A DNA stretch of 64,000 bases from Takakia lepidozioides. Taxonomy: Eukaryota; Plantae; Bryophyta. Under the pieces are notes generated by a model. It was not told the DNA's origin. It saw only the letters and a list, made by a program, of their open reading frames with translations, and made no database searches. Within the stretch, counting starts at the first letter, position 1. Every line of letters starts with the position of its first letter. Below are positions 47,910 to 62,577 of the stretch, piece after piece. Both the position numbers and the translations under genes were made by a program. The DNA lies in contig CM060731.1 in the NCBI GenBank assembly GCA_030704615.1, forward strand, positions 50,964,001 through 51,028,000, written 5' to 3'.

Positions 47910-50900
47910 GTTAACAATGTTAATATAGGTAACTACTTGTATTTTAAATATCAATATTGGAACCAGTTACTACAATAGTAACTGGTTGTTATTACCATTT
48001 GTTACTACTGGTTATTCCCCTTTTTAGTACTGGTTAGTATTTGGTTATTCCCCTTTGATTATGAAATGCCGCGTCCTGGATTATCTCTTGTTGACTGGCT
48101 CTATTTTAACCTGTGTGGGCTGGACTCAGAAGTGGCCGAGACGGAATTTTGTAAAAAGAGTGACCCTATCACCGGGTAACTTGTTTGATTTGAACGTCGG
48201 ATAGACTATGGTAGGATAGACTATGGTGGAGCGGAGGGGAAGAGGGACCGTGGCCTCATAAATGTATTAATAAGGGACTGAAAATGTCCGAAGAGTACAA
48301 AGAGAGGAAAAACTAACCTTAGGGTGCCATATAGGCTGATAATGGAAGGCACAACTTCATAACCACAGTCAAGAAGAGAAGAGCAGAAGGAAAAGACAGC
48401 AATAAAGAAGTTCAAGAAGCCATCCTAGAGTTATCTCTTTTACGCTTGTAAGGCTCAAAGGATAATTGAGCCTTGGATTTACCTAAAACGAAAAATGACT
48501 ACTGAAATTGCATGGCCCTATCCAGTAACGGCCGTAGAAAAAGCTAAAGAATGAACTTAGGCCCCTTTCAAAATGACCTACGGTGCCTCTAGTTAACCTC
48601 TGGTTCCTCCCCTCCCCATCAACAGAGAACGTCTTGCACTATGTGAGCTGCCACCTTGTCCGGATGTCGTCAAATCACCTAATTCTTGAATCTAATTATC
48701 TGGCACAAATTCTAGCACTCCGATCACTCACAGGTATTTTACCAACAAACGGCAACTGGAATCCAACTCTGCGCCGGTACCCTATGAGACCATAACTACC
48801 TCTATACCCCGGTTACTTGGTGTCCTACATGACACCTGTTTTTCTTATAGGACTCACCCGTGGGCAGCAGAGGGCCGACTCGGCAAGGTTCGCCCACCCC
48901 AAGTCTCATCCTAGTGGGCTCGACCAGGACGCGCTTACATGGCCGAATTGGCCCTCTACCCTTAAACGAGGAGTACCATTTTGGTCTTGGGGGAAGCTCT
49001 TTGCAGATGCAGCCAGAGAAGACGATCGGCTCTTTTCTGGGAGTTTGACAACACCTGCGGAAAGAATGCTAGAGAGAGAAGACTCCGGCCGAAACCGGTG
49101 TAACTAAAGCCACTTCACTTTGCGGCTACTGCCCCCTTTCCGGGGAAAGCACTTGAGGTAAAACCGAACCGGCACTGCTGAACAGACTGTGTGCCGAATC
49201 GGCACCTGCCTGCCCTTAGCTGCATATTCAATAATCTAATGATGGTGTGAGACTCCTTGGAAACACTGACCCATGGCTTGTAAAGTCTGAATGACGGAAG
49301 AATTTGAAGGGGGGACTAGCTATTTAGAAGGAAATGTACTGTTGGAAAGATAGTAAGGTGGATATAGGGAGCAACCTATTCATTTTTCAAAAGCCTAGCG
49401 TAGCCAAATTAACTAGAAAACACTATCATATGATGGTGTGAGACTCCTTAAAACAGCAGAGACTTCTTATTAAAGCAGGTATAAGGTTTGAGGGTATTTT
49501 ACAGAATTTCAGTAAAAACTAGTCTTTTGCTCCTAAATTAAGATTGCAAACTTAGAAAAGATTGCCAACAAAGTAACATGTGCTGCTGAAATTATATAGT
49601 AACCACACTTTGCACCAGCATTGTGTTTCGTACCCACATCCACCAACTCCGGTCAACCACATTGTGCTTCTATCTTTGGTTTATTTTGATGGAACAACAT
49701 ATGTTTTTTTATTTTTTATTATAGTGGCATTTGGAATGTAGAGAAAACCAAAACTAACCCAAGACAGAAACATGATCCGGCTTCCACAATGTGCATGGGA
49801 AGAAATTTACTAATAGTAGTCTATGAAATTTCAAGGCTATTATGCATGGAAACATACAAAATTTTGGCTATTTTGGGGGGGACCGGCTTTTGTAAGGGAA
49901 AAAAAAAGGCTGTTTTTTAGGCGATTGTTAGGGAGCAAGTGGATATTTTTAGGGAGGGCTATTGTTAGGGGAAATTGACTATTCAATGAGAGAAATTGGA
50001 AGAAATTGGCTATACTTGGGAAAATTGGTATTGTGGGGAGAATTTGGATTGTGAAATGGGGAAAAATTAGAATATTGTAGGGGAGAAAGTGGCTATTGTT
50101 TCAACTGGAAAAGGGAAATTCGAAGAAAGTAGCTATTGTTTCAAAGTGGAATTGGAGAACCGGCGAGGTGGAATTGATTGGAATTGGCTATATTAAGGGA
50201 ATTATCTCTAGCCCTCTCCTCCACCATACCATTTTCGACATCCAAGTCGAGTATCACCGACGCTCAAATCAAATGTTAAAAGCACTTGAGGCTTATTTTG
50301 CCTTATTCACATAACTTGGGGCTTTTCCATTCTGTGCATCTTAAGCAAGGTACTGGTGTTATGCCAGTCCTCTAGTGATTATTCCCATCTACTGGTGAAG
50401 TCAATGTTGACTAATTCAAACCATGTAGAGGAAGCAGAATATCTAGGGTGCACATCAATATATGAAACGAGGTAGTTTGTTTGTTTGGTTTTGTAGCATT
50501 GAGATCTCCCAAACCACCAGCCCCAGCCCTGGTGCTTGGTACCATTAGAAAGCTCTCGATGAGGAGGGGTGCAACGGCTTGGTCTCATAATTTTTGGATC
50601 TACGGTGTGGGAGATATGGAATTTCAAGTACTTTTTGTCACTGGAAATACGTGAAAAATAGCAAAGTGTGCTAGAACAATGACATGGAGATCTCCCAATC
50701 TGTAGGGCTCTGCATACATAAGGGATTGCACTTTGACTTAGATAACACTCGACACTTGGGCCAATGGCGGAGGCTACCCTAGTAACCTCTTTAAAACGAA
50801 CCTCGCCATGGAGTGCTTATAAGCACAAGGCTAATCATGAGACACCCGGGGAGGGTAGAAGATTACACGACACTCGATAAGGTAGCATGATTTGAACCCT

Positions 50901-51344
50901 GAATCACTGGGCCAAACGATTGCGCACTTTATTCTTGATGAAGACCAAAATACTGAATGTACGACTGTTAAACACTTGAACCATTGCAATTTTCAGTAAG
51001 TTTCATTAACTCACCAAGGCGTTGAACAATGAGGCCATTTGTAGAGAGTTGATGCCACAATTTTGTCACTGGATTAATGTCATTCATGGCCTTCTTTTGC
51101 TTGTGTTTTCAACGTCAATTTAAAAAATGAAGTTTGCAGATCCAGCAAATTGTCATGGCGAGGCTCAAAAATCTATGTACTTGCAGTGTTTGTTATCTTT
51201 TTGGAAATACAATAAGCTCTTTTGATGGCCGCAATGTGTAGAGAAAATATATCCTCACACTCGGGCTGCAACAGGATGAGGGATACACCACCCCAGGAAC
51301 ATTCATGATCTCAGAATCTGAAAACCTTATTTCAAACTCACTTA

Positions 51345-51895
51345 CAATGAGTTCTGCTACAGCAACACACTGCCCAGACTAGGCAAACCCAACATGGTTT
51401 GAACATCACACAAAAGGTCCAGATTTACCCTCGCTGTCACAATTGATCCACTGTCAAATGTCATTTTCACAACCAATGTTTTTGTACTCTGCTAAAACCC
51501 TTTTCAAGGGCTCTAGCATGCTAATCCACCTTGTCTTCACACTCCTCAAAATCTTAAGACCCTTTGTTTACACGATCACGACAAGCTTAATAAATTCAAG
51601 ATGACATTTGGGAAGCTGGAGAAATACCCATACAAAGATTGGAGGAGATCCTCCAACCTCAAGACCATCGGTAGATTAGACAACGCCTGAAATAGCCAAA
51701 TTTACAATGAACACCAATCATGTAGGGTGCATGCTGATCTCTAAGCTGCATAGTCACTCCTGTGCGAATACCTTGGAAGACTGGGGCCCCATCTGCTCCC
51801 AACCACACAAGCCGCTCGCCAATTGTATCTTGCTCAGACAAGCCACCAAATGTCATCAAGACACCTAACATCATCTATTTCAGGTTATCAGCATT
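51345..51895 (-). mobile_element. hAT (ZNF862-like) transposase fragment, pseudogenised
   Basis: GADGAPVFQGIRTGVTMQLRDQHAPYMIGVHC, then in other frames LLQSLYGYFS, KILRSVKTRWISMLEPLKRVL and VNLDLLCDVQT. Confidence 0.85.
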
Positions 51896-52087
51896 GTTGC
51901 ACAGTACTTGCAGAAGAATGGACGTCTATCAAAACCCAAGTACTCTTGTCGTCAACATTCAATATAAGCTTCCACAACAAGTCTTTCGTACTCAGATTCA
52001 GTGAAGTACTCCATATACTTTGTCCAAAAGAAACTATCGTATGAACCGCGCACGTGCCTCCTCATTTCTGTCATCTCCATCTGATAC

Positions 52088-52685
52088 AAGAAATCAGAGC
52101 AGAAGTTGTGATCGTCAACGATCATGATATTTTCCTAAATATAAATGCAAAAACAAAAACTCAGAAATCAAAGCAGAAGTGATGATCATCACGATATCTA
52201 CCCAAATGTCAAAAAAACAAAACAAAACTCAGAAATCATAGCAGTAGTGATGATCGTCGACGATCGTCACGATTCCAAAAAAAAACAAAAAATAAAATCA
52301 AAATCAAAAACCTCAGAAATCAGAGCAAAGGTAATGATCGTTGACGATCATTACGACATCTACTCAAATGTCAAAATAAAAAAAATTTAAAAAAAAACTC
52401 AGAAATCAGAGCAAAAGTGATGATCGTCGACGATTATCACCGATCATCTACCCAAATGAATTAAAAAATAATTTAAAAAAAAAACCCTCATAAATCATAG
52501 CAGATGTGATGATCGTCGACAATCATCATATCTATCCAAATGTCAAATAAAAAAATAAAAACATAAAAACCCTAAAAAATCAGAACAGAAATGATCGTCG
52601 ACGATCATTACCACTTCTACCCAAATGCCAAAAAATAAAATAAAATAAAAAATAACCTCAGAAATCAAAGCAAAAGTCATGATTT
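52088..52685. repeat. Tandem array of ~8 units (70-90 bp) with palindromic core TGATCGTCGACGATCA and A-rich spacers
   Basis: CTCAGAAATCAGAGCAgAAGTGATGATCGTCGACGATCAT..CTACCCAAATGTCAAAA repeated at ~52089, 52160, 52228, 52312, 52398, 52487, 52571 and 52657. Confidence 0.9.
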
Positions 52686-55099
52686 GGGAAAGAATCATCT
52701 CATTTTGTGGACTACCTGTGTTCACAAAAATACGGACTATTGTCCGCATTTTGACATGTCCTACCTGCGGTAATAGGCCTTATGTACCTTTGTTGTCCAC
52801 GGTTATAGGCCCCAGCAGTCTATGTCACCCTGAAACGTGAGCAAAATTCTGCTCACGGAATTTTTCGCTCACATGAGTGGCTCACAAACTAGCATTTTCC
52901 ACTCTGTCCTCCCCTGCTTCATCTTACATTTTATTATCTTGTCTTTGTTGTTGATCCCTACGAACACCTAAACCCCTCCATTGAGTTAGGGCTGGACCAC
53001 TTGATAATGCTGCAACATGTTTTACAGACTTTTGCAACTCATTATGCAAACCCAAATTCATGAAATAGCTACACACAAAACTACGGTGGAGAACTCACTC
53101 CTTCTACCCATCCAATGGCCGCCTTCTCCAAGACCTCTACCTGTACGTTTTCATGCACTTGAGAAGCATCATAGACAGAAATTGATGGTGGGCTGCCATG
53201 ACATATGTTGACATTGGTTTGCTGCGCATGACAGTTAAACATGAGGTCAACTTATGCTTCAATCATCGTTGTTTAAGGCCAGTCATATAGAAACAGAACT
53301 TCAAATGTCTCACTGGTCTAATGTTATGACAACTGATTATCATCACTGGCTTGGGTAATATCCTTCCGGAGGTTCCATTTCTTCCATAGAGCTACTTCCA
53401 CTAATTAATCATGTGCAATGCTCTCCAATCCTCGAAACCAAATTTCAGCCTACCGTCAATGGCTGCCAACTCTTACTGTTGAACCACTACAACTTCAAAT
53501 TTCAAAAATTGTTCATGTATATTGGACGTTGCTAGTGTAATCTGACAATCATTCTTTCTCACCCTTCATTTCAACTGTTTTAACTGCACCCACGTTATAC
53601 TACACTTAACCAGCCCAAAGTTTTGTAGTGTGCATGTGAGGGGAAGATGAACACAATTGTGTTTGCATCTCAAAATGATAAAGACTTCCACTTGAATTTA
53701 AAGCCTTTATACCATGGAATTTGAATTATGTAGACCCACCTGCATTTTTTGTTCCTAGATTTGCTGCAACTATAATCCCTTGGCATATCTAATGGAGTTA
53801 TCTTTTGATTGCCAAAATCATTTTCAAATACAATATACGGCCCATATTAATGATGAAGAAGATGAGATATAACATAGCGGGCAAGTTTGTGGCTACGGAG
53901 AGAGGGAGATGAAGAGTGGGAGCCTCAAGCTGCTGCTCAAACTGACCCCAGGACTCAGACCTTCAAAAACATGCTCAAGTGTGAACAAAATTGGAATCCG
54001 TCTCCAATTTTGAACCACACATGCATGAACAGATAACCAATTTTGACTGTCAATGGTTGTAACCTCATCAGCGCTTATGGAGAACCCCCCATAGCCTCTG
54101 TAGTGGCCCTCAAAACAACCCGGTGCATAGAATCAGCCATTTCCCATTCTGAACAATCGGACCAATGCTTAGCAGGGTTGTGATGGACCTTCAAGATGAA
54201 AAGAGACTCTGCATGACATCATAATCTGTCATAAAACAACCTTAAGCAAGGAGATGGAAAATAAGAGCAAACTGGACTAGTTTTTTTTTTTTTTTTTTTT
54301 TTCCCACTACTTTTTTTTTCTACCACCTTTGCATTACCTGCTGTACTACCATATAACGACCTGGAGCAGCAAAGAGCCTCTCATTTTGGGCATGCAACAT
54401 GCACATTAGATTTCACAAAATAGTACTCTTCTAGTGTCATATCAGACATGACCACAATAAGAATGGCTGGTTCTCATCACATATCTGGAGGTTCTAAGAA
54501 TATTCTTAAAAGATTTTAAGTCGAAACTAAAATGTGCTCACACAATACAAAACTAGAAACTTTTTGAAATGTTTGTTGACATGAACACTAGTCACACAGT
54601 TGGGGCTAGGAAATTTTCTGTCAAGGTCAATTCTGTAATCATGCCTAGTGATTAATTGTTGTAATTCTTATCATCTCATACGAATCTGTTGTCCAACAAC
54701 CTCTGCTGCGTGTTTCAATGCAAATTTACTTTCCTCCCTGCTTACTCTCTGGAACATTGTAGTAATGACTTTGCAACATATAAGATATCCATTTGACATT
54801 GAAGTGCTTGTGAAGTTGTAGTGTAACTGAACAATTCATTGAACGTCGACTGGGAAGTCGAATGATGTAATATTACATTATATTACAATCACGATAAACA
54901 AATGTGTCGAATCGAACTTGGGATAGACTCATAATACTCTACCATACTTGATATAAGTTGATAGTAATTTTGATTGAATCTGCATGTTGACAAGCACAAT
55001 ATTCTTAGACAATGTCATTGGAATGATGTTTTGGGTGTGAGAAGGGCAGTAAAATATTAAAATAGCTTGAAACATTAGGAAGATAACCTACTAGGGCAG

Positions 55100-55960
55100 T
55101 AAAATAAGGTTTGGGGTATAACTAGATACATTAAGTGCAATAAGGTCCAAGTTTGTGGTGACTCGGAGAAGGGTTTAGGGTTTTAAAGGGTTTAGGATAG
55201 AAAGAGAGAAACAAATATGGACGACTCTAAACCTCTGTAGAATGTAAAAATGTAAGGGGAATTTGATATCCATGTAATCATTCTATCATACGTTATCCAA
55301 CTTGAAAATTAAAGAAAACATTAAGAGAATGATACAAATTTTACAATAGGTAACATGGTAGTACAATAAGGTTTGGAGTTTATTATAAGTAGGGTACTAC
55401 ACTAAGGTTTTTGGTATATGGTAAAAGTAATGGTTTAGGGTGCTAAGGGTCACGCTTAAGCTTGGGGTAAGGATTATTAAGGGAAGGGTAAAGGGAAGGG
55501 GAAGGGTTTAGGGTTTGGATTTAGGGTAGAAAGGGACAAACAAATATGGAAGACTCACACATGGTAGTACAATAACTTGGTTTGGAATGTAAGTAGGGTA
55601 GTACATTAACCTGGTTTTTGGTATATGGTAAGAGTATTAATGATTTAGGGTAGTAAGTGTCAGGCTTAAGCTTAGGGTAAGGATTAAGGCCAGGGTAAAG
55701 GAATGGGTAAGGATTTAGGGTAGTTCAAAGGGACAAACAAATATAGAAGACTCACACATGGTAGTACAATAACTTGGTTTGGAGTGTAAGTAGGGTAATA
55801 CACTAACCTGGTTTTTGGTATATGGTAAGAGTAATGGTTTAGGATACTAAGTGTCCGGCTTAAGCCTATGGAAGGGTTAAGGGAAGGGTAAAACGAAGGG
55901 TAAGGATTTAGAGGTGATGATAAAGGTATAAATGGACAAACAAATACGGAAGACTCGCAC
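55100..55960. repeat. ~200-bp tandem repeat with telomere-like TTTAGGG motifs
   Basis: ACAAACAAATAT..AAGACTCACACATGGTAGTACAATAA recurs at ~55535, ~55733 and (partly) ~55936, with partial copies at 55210 and 55353; frequent GGTTTAGGG/GATTTAGGG. Confidence 0.85.
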
Positions 55961-56329
55961 TCACTAGAACGAGACATTGCAAAAAAACATTTAGACCGGA
56001 TTGGAAAAGAAAGAATCCAGGGGTTGTGCCAGCATTTATTTTTTGGGGTGCATTGTTTGTTTTGTAAGCCAGAATCCCCCATGTCACGAATATATGTAGA
56101 TGAACAGAATGTCCAGCAGTGCAGAGTCCAACACGGCAGAAAGAAAATAGATGAACGTCCACTGCCCACTCGAGGTTCAGTGCGACAGAAAAAGAAGACG
56201 GGAATGATCACCCAACGCAAACACGAAGGGAAAGAAGCGTAAAGAAATTTTTATATCTTAAAATGAAAGACCGGAATTAACCTCAACATTTAGTCCATGG
56301 ATGGAAAGTGGTTCGCAAGAATGAAACCT

Positions 56330-59300
56330 TCAAGTATCTGGCTGAAGGTTAGCAACCTCCAAATTCGCGCGCACCTTCACTGCTTCCACCGCTGTAATTC
56401 TCTTGGTGCCATTTCTTGTCGTATTTTTTCGTGGCGGCATTGTCCACATGACATTATTCACGTGGATCCATTGAGCAGGATCTGACGGGTTGTACTCCCA
56501 AACTTTTGACCAACAGACCCTGTACCTCTCAAAGTCTGAGGGGTTACCTCCTTTCTTCGGTCTCCACCACTCCTCCTTGACTTTCTTAAAATTAGGATCT
56601 TCCCTTTCTCGGATGACATCTAAAATTGCCATTCCCATCCAGACCGGGCACGTTGTTGGGTCATGAGGGCGAACGAGCACAAAAAACCCTTGCTCAATAT
56701 CCTTGAACGGATTCAAGGGTATCCTTGGACGTTCACATCTAGGACCACAGTAAGGTTCTGGAATTTCATCCTCATCTTCCATATCTTCCAGTATCTGTGG
56801 CTGGATGTCATCCCTCCGATGGTTTGAGGACCAATTTGTTTTCGGCCAAAATCCCTCAAGAAGCTGAATACGATCCAGAATGTCCTGCATTGGCTTATCA
56901 AGTTCGGCGAGAATATTTCCCCAGTATTGGTCATATTGTTCCATCACACCCCGGTAATGATCGTCAAACAACATTCCTTTGGTCCAAAAATCTCTGTATT
57001 TCTTAATCCATTTTTTATGAATGACTGTTTTTCTGAGGAGTCGTCCCCGACTCCCCATATCGGTCTTCTTGGAACGACATCTGGGTCTCTTTTAGGGAGA
57101 TTTGGAGTCCCATCAAGATTGGACTTCCACATCTTAACACTGGAGTTTGTAGGAAGCCACTCCGAATCAGTAGCTGACTTCTTGTACTGCATAACGAGCC
57201 AGCCATCCGCATCCTTAAAAAATCGAAAGACGTGCATCTCTGAGATCCCGACCAAAGCCTCATTTCCATCATGAATACAACCCTTAACAAACTTCTTGAA
57301 GTCGGGAACCTCCTGTATGATTTGAGGAATGAATTGCATATCTTGGGAGATCATGAATGACCTCATCAAATCCGGAAGAATGTAGGTGATGCGTTCCTTT
57401 AGCTTCTTCGAGAGATAGCTAATGAATCCGTCAATATCCTCATGGGTGTGTCCGACCATGAGAAAACCAAGCTAGATCTCTTCAAAGACATCTTTGGCAG
57501 TGAGGAGGGATAAGAAAGCAAGCATCCATCTGTTCTTATTGTCCTTGGAGGAGTTGTCCATCTGCAAATAAAGTCGTCTAAGAAGTGGTCGAACACCACA
57601 TTTATCGTGCGGCCTGCAGGGTTTCAGAGCCTCCAAACATCTCGATTTACCTCTCATGAGCATTTCAAAAAAATCATTTTGAACTTCAGTGTCGAAAATG
57701 TTCATGGATTCCCGGCATGTCGGCTTTTCCAGTTGGCGCAGGCACTGAGCTAGTGACCCAATTGTGAAGTTTGCATAATTGCCTTTCCAGAACTCAAGGG
57801 AAAATTGAGCGTAAGCTCCATCTCCGTGTCCGTGCGTAACCATTCCTGTCAATGAGACAGGCAATTGACCCAATCCCGAGACCATCTTGTTCGTCGTCTG
57901 TAGCCTCGAAATAGCCGTTTTCCTATAATCCATCTCATCATGAATTATACATAGGAACTCCTCCGGAACCATAACGGACTCATTCCTCCAGCTATGGTAC
58001 AGCCTTCTGCATGACTCTTGATGCCTCAAGTGCAAATCAAGCGTCCGCTTATGTGCGACCTGTTCGGAACTCCTCTTAATCGACTTCTTAATCAAGTCCT
58101 TGAACATCTCGCATTCTGTGCACTTAGCAAAGGTGCTTCCTGTTTTCCGAACCTCCACGTTAGGAAATATTCGATTCCGTATACGGCTTATAGCTGGCTG
58201 TGAGACTCCTTTCAAACCGAGCAGTCTGTTTGTCTGCACCCCAACTCCCCAACAATGTCAACGTCCACTGGGCAGTGGAGGTTCTACAAAGTGGAAGAAT
58301 AAGAAAACATGATGGCATCAGAAAGAATAAAATCATCCACAGTATTTTAAAAAACGAAAGGGGATAACGAATAAAAGTCACCTCGTTGGACTCCTCTCGA
58401 ATTCTCTTCCAGTTCATTTCGGATGGCAAAATTCTCAAAGTATCCCGACGTCCCTCTCCAATGCAACGTGTTTTGTGAGGCATAATGTCAGTATTGGCAT
58501 TGATAATGGACATGGAGTGTCCCTGGTCGCGGCCGCTTGACGCCACGATTTTCATGGAAAGATGACAACAGCCCTTTTTACTGAGCTTTTTGTACTCCAT
58601 GTACGTTGACCTTCCAATTCCGTGTATTATCCACCATGATTTCTCACAAACGTCAACATCTTCTATCGTAACATACCACCTGTGCAATGACCCATCCATA
58701 ATGTGAAGTCGTTTTGAAACATTCAATCCAAGTTCTCTTCTCTCATTGAATGACGAACCCCAAAATGCAGTACGAATTGCCAAGGTTTTTCTCCAATCAA
58801 AATACTGACAGCACTGAAGGCAAGGTTTGCTGCTCACCGACCTCACTTCATCCAAAGTAAGATTTTTCTTGCACTTTTTTGAGTCATCCATATTGGATGG
58901 ATTCTTCTTCCTAGTAAAATGCCTGTATGTTGCTTTCAATACGCCTGTACCATGGTCGTCATTCTCCATGTCATTGCATGATCGTAGGAAATTTTTGAGA
59001 TCAACGGAGAGTATCCTGCCATTTTCAAAAAGTCTTGTTTTTGTTAACGGTCATTTCACAATCGACATCAGTGAACCGGACTCTCCAGAGATTGTTATGG
59101 TGACCGTAACCCCAACATCGTCCTCTCCGAGTTTGTCATTCAGAATGATCTCGTTAGGAATGCATGCCTGAATTCGGCCTTCGAATAGGGCGTTTCCGTC
59201 CTCCCCAAGAAGAAGACACTGCAAGTTTCTCCAACAATCTCTCCCCAGACCTGCAGGCAGATCCCCTTCAGTCTCACCGTTGGACGGAATATCATTGCTT

Positions 59301-59683
59301 TCAGTGCTTTGACATTGATAATCACTATCTTCTGTGATGGAAAGACATCCTGGGTTTCTCGGAGATGCTGAATCCACAGTTTCATGTGTGCGAACAAGGG
59401 ACACGTCCCACATAACTGGAGTCCCAATCGCCTCCTTCAATGTGTCAGAATCCATGTGTCGATAAGGCAGAGGACATGAGCCGAATGCGTCATCACAAAA
59501 GATCAGGGTAACTGAAATGGTGGACGAACACAAGTGGTGTCTGTGGCAAGTTCCATCCCCAAAAACATTCAGGCAATCTCCTGAGACAACAACTGAAGGA
59601 GATCCAGGAAGCGACAGAAACATCCTTTGGCCTACTTGGAACCCCATGAAGTTAGTAACCTCCACTGGGCAGTGGAGGTTCAA
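56330..59683 (-). mobile_element. Intron-containing DDE transposase of the DUF7869/Sola1-related type, disrupted by a stop at 57472 and frameshifts
   Basis: FAKCTEC..HLRHQ..R motif; HDEMDYRKT; LYLQMDNSSKDNKN; FLMVGHTHEDID. Upstream Cys-rich exon (CLQCCQYF, VCEKSWWIIHG). GT-AG intron at ~58233-58381. C-terminal WWRP-containing domain. Confidence 0.82.
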
Positions 59684-62577
59684 TAAAATCCTATTGCAGA
59701 ACTGAAGATTAACTGAAGGAAAGAACGTCGTGCCACCGAAAAGAGAAACTTTAAGTATAACTTTTTCGACGGTTTAGAATGAGAAAAACAATATGGATTG
59801 AAAAAAGTAAAGTCAATGTTTGGATCTACACTGGGACTGATGAAACACAATTGGAATTAAATTGGAGTATGAGGGCGGAGTATAGACTACATCTATCTGA
59901 ACTGTCAGATGAAGTCACAAATGCTAGCATCATAATCGTGCAGCTCTGATAGCAGACTATGGAATAAGCGTGAAGGATGTCGATTCTAACAAGTGGCCTG
60001 GAGAAATGAAGTCAGGCGGCTAATTGCCACCACTTATTCTGGACTGCACATTAACAATCGATCATGGGAGGAATCCGGAGGTGAACCATAAAGCACTTTG
60101 AGATTGTTCTGTTTATATTTATCGTGCTGTTACAGTGAATAAAACACTTGGGCAGGGTGGGGCATTTCATGCCGGCGCATTGCATTGGACAACGAGGGCG
60201 GTGCATTACAGGTGTGCAGAATGTTGTGCCGTGCATTGCTTGCTTGCACATGTTTAATGTAGGGATGGACCCCTCGTGTCGGGTATCCCTCGATAAATGG
60301 GCAGTCCCTATGGTGGCTCAGGACCTTAAATCGAGGAATGCCCGACACGAGGGGCCATCTACTATCCTTAAAGCCGTATGTCACATGACACTTGCGGGTG
60401 TTGTCAGAGAATATTGACGCCAGGCAGCTAACAACCGAAAGTAATTGTGGATGGCTCATAATGAGACACTGATTATACAGCGTGACGAATCCGTAGGTAC
60501 AACGTTGTGTCCTCTGGCAGATTGAGTTCGAAACGACTGCCTAGGCGTATCACGTGGGTGGTCACATGTGCGTTTGGGGCATGGGTTAAGGTTTGTTGGC
60601 ATCGAATCTATTTTAAGATTTTTGTAAGCGTGAGGGTTGCAGAGTCTGACCAATGGTGTCATTACAATCATTTCGTCTTTTTTTCATTCATCTATCCAGT
60701 CGTCTGTCCAAATGTGTGTGCATTCGTGGAACAAAAGTTGAACTAATTTCATCTGTGTGGATGGACAGTATTAATGTTAGTTTGCGTGGATGGGGCAGAA
60801 CATACATTTGGGCCGTGCAACCGTTTGATTTCGGACGGAGGCAATGGTTCAGATCATCCTTGAAGGTCGCTTATAAGGGGTGCGCTCTTTGACCCCGGCC
60901 TTTGGGCTTCCCATTTTCTACGCGTAAGCGCTGCGCGAGTGAGAGCTTAACAGTTGAGAGAGGAGAGCATGAAAGAGAAGAGTTTTGGAGCTTGTTTTGC
61001 AGCGACTGGACACTAGAGCGTGGAGAGAAAGAGAGCAGACTTGGCCGAGTGCAGAGAGAGGAGCGGGTGAAAGGTGAGAGAGTGAAATAGGCGAAATTTG
61101 AAGAGCGGGGAGGAGAGACCGAACAGTGGCGAGTGGAGATTGACGAGTGTAGAGGCGAGAGCACAGTGCAATTACCAGCAGGCGGAGGTGTGTAAGAGAG
61201 TATCAAACGAAGGACTGTGATTGCAGGGGCACCAAAATGGTCGGCACAAGCAGGTACAACATTGAAAACTCCATCTTTTCGTATTCTGTTTCATGTTTTG
61301 TGTTGGCCTGTTCTAAATTCATGTGTTGGCCTGTTCTCAGTTTTGTGTTGGCCCGCTCTCGATTCATGTGGCCTATTCTAGATTCAATTCGTTTGGATCC
61401 TGCTTCATTCTATGCTGCACTACATTGTCTTCAGCGCTTCAGTGCACATTAGGTTTCTGTTTCATTGTTTGCTTCGTTGTTTGCTTCAATCCTGTTTCAT
61501 TCTCTGTCAATTCATTTCACTCCTGCTCCATTATGTGCTTCAGTGCATTCCTGCGTCATTGCTTCACTGTTGTTTTTCAATTCACCGATGGTTTGTAGGG
61601 TGGTTTTGTGTGGTGGTTTTGTGTGCAATTGGGTTTGTGTGTGCTTGTTCTGGTCGATTAGGGTAATGGTTTAGGGTGGCGGGAGATTACCGTGCTGGTT
61701 TGCTTGTTTTGTTCATTGTGGTGGTTTTTTGAGGACAGTGGTTTCGGAAATGCCCGAATGTTTATTTCTCAACCGTTTTCTTGATCCCCAAATCCAGCGT
61801 TAGTTTGTTCTTGTCAATCAATAGTTGATGCATTTCTTCCCATTCAGAGCTTGCAGGTAGAATAGGCAGAGTAGTAACAGGGAGGGACACTTCTTGGGGA
61901 TCACGACTTGGTCATCGGGGGAGAGAAGGACGATCTGGAGTTGAGGGATGGAGAGCGCAATGGAGGAGGAAACACGAACTGATGATGCTTGATTCATGCA
62001 AGCTGTAGAGTTGTACTGTAGATACCATGACTTCGGCCTGATATTGGATAGATATTAATCTGATACATATTCCATACTCACACCGTGTAGAGAGACTAGA
62101 GTGAAGCTGTGGAATTCGATTTTGAATGGAAATTTTCATTTCTTATCCAATTTTGTCAGAATTCGGCAATTCTGAAAAACCACGATAGCCTAGTGCACTT
62201 GTATTCTACAGTAGACATAGGCTAACAGTAGGCTTCGTGCAGGCCAGAGTAGACTATTCGTAGACCCATGTCATGCACATGAGGAACCAGAAACTGGAAC
62301 CTCCACTGCCCAGTGGAGGTTCGCGTGAATTCTATATGGGGAAGCTGAATGGCATTTTTTCAAAGTAAGGACGAAATCGGATAATTCCGGGAAAATTGAA
62401 AATCAATTTGAGACGATGTGGGAACGAGTGATGGAATCATATGTGTAACATTGTAAGTGTGACACATACTTTCCAACGAGATTGGGATATGATAATTGGG
62501 AACCTCTACTATCCAGTGGAGGTTCGATATTTCTTTGGGTCAACCAGTTACACACTCTGATTAGTTTTTATGTCAGA

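Noticed and set aside
52088-52685. CRISPR-like repeat-spacer array
   Set aside because: Eukaryotic context, spacers are low-complexity poly-A variants of each other, and there are no cas genes.
55100-55960. Interstitial telomere
   Set aside because: TTTAGGG units are scattered within a longer tandem unit, not a contiguous telomeric array.
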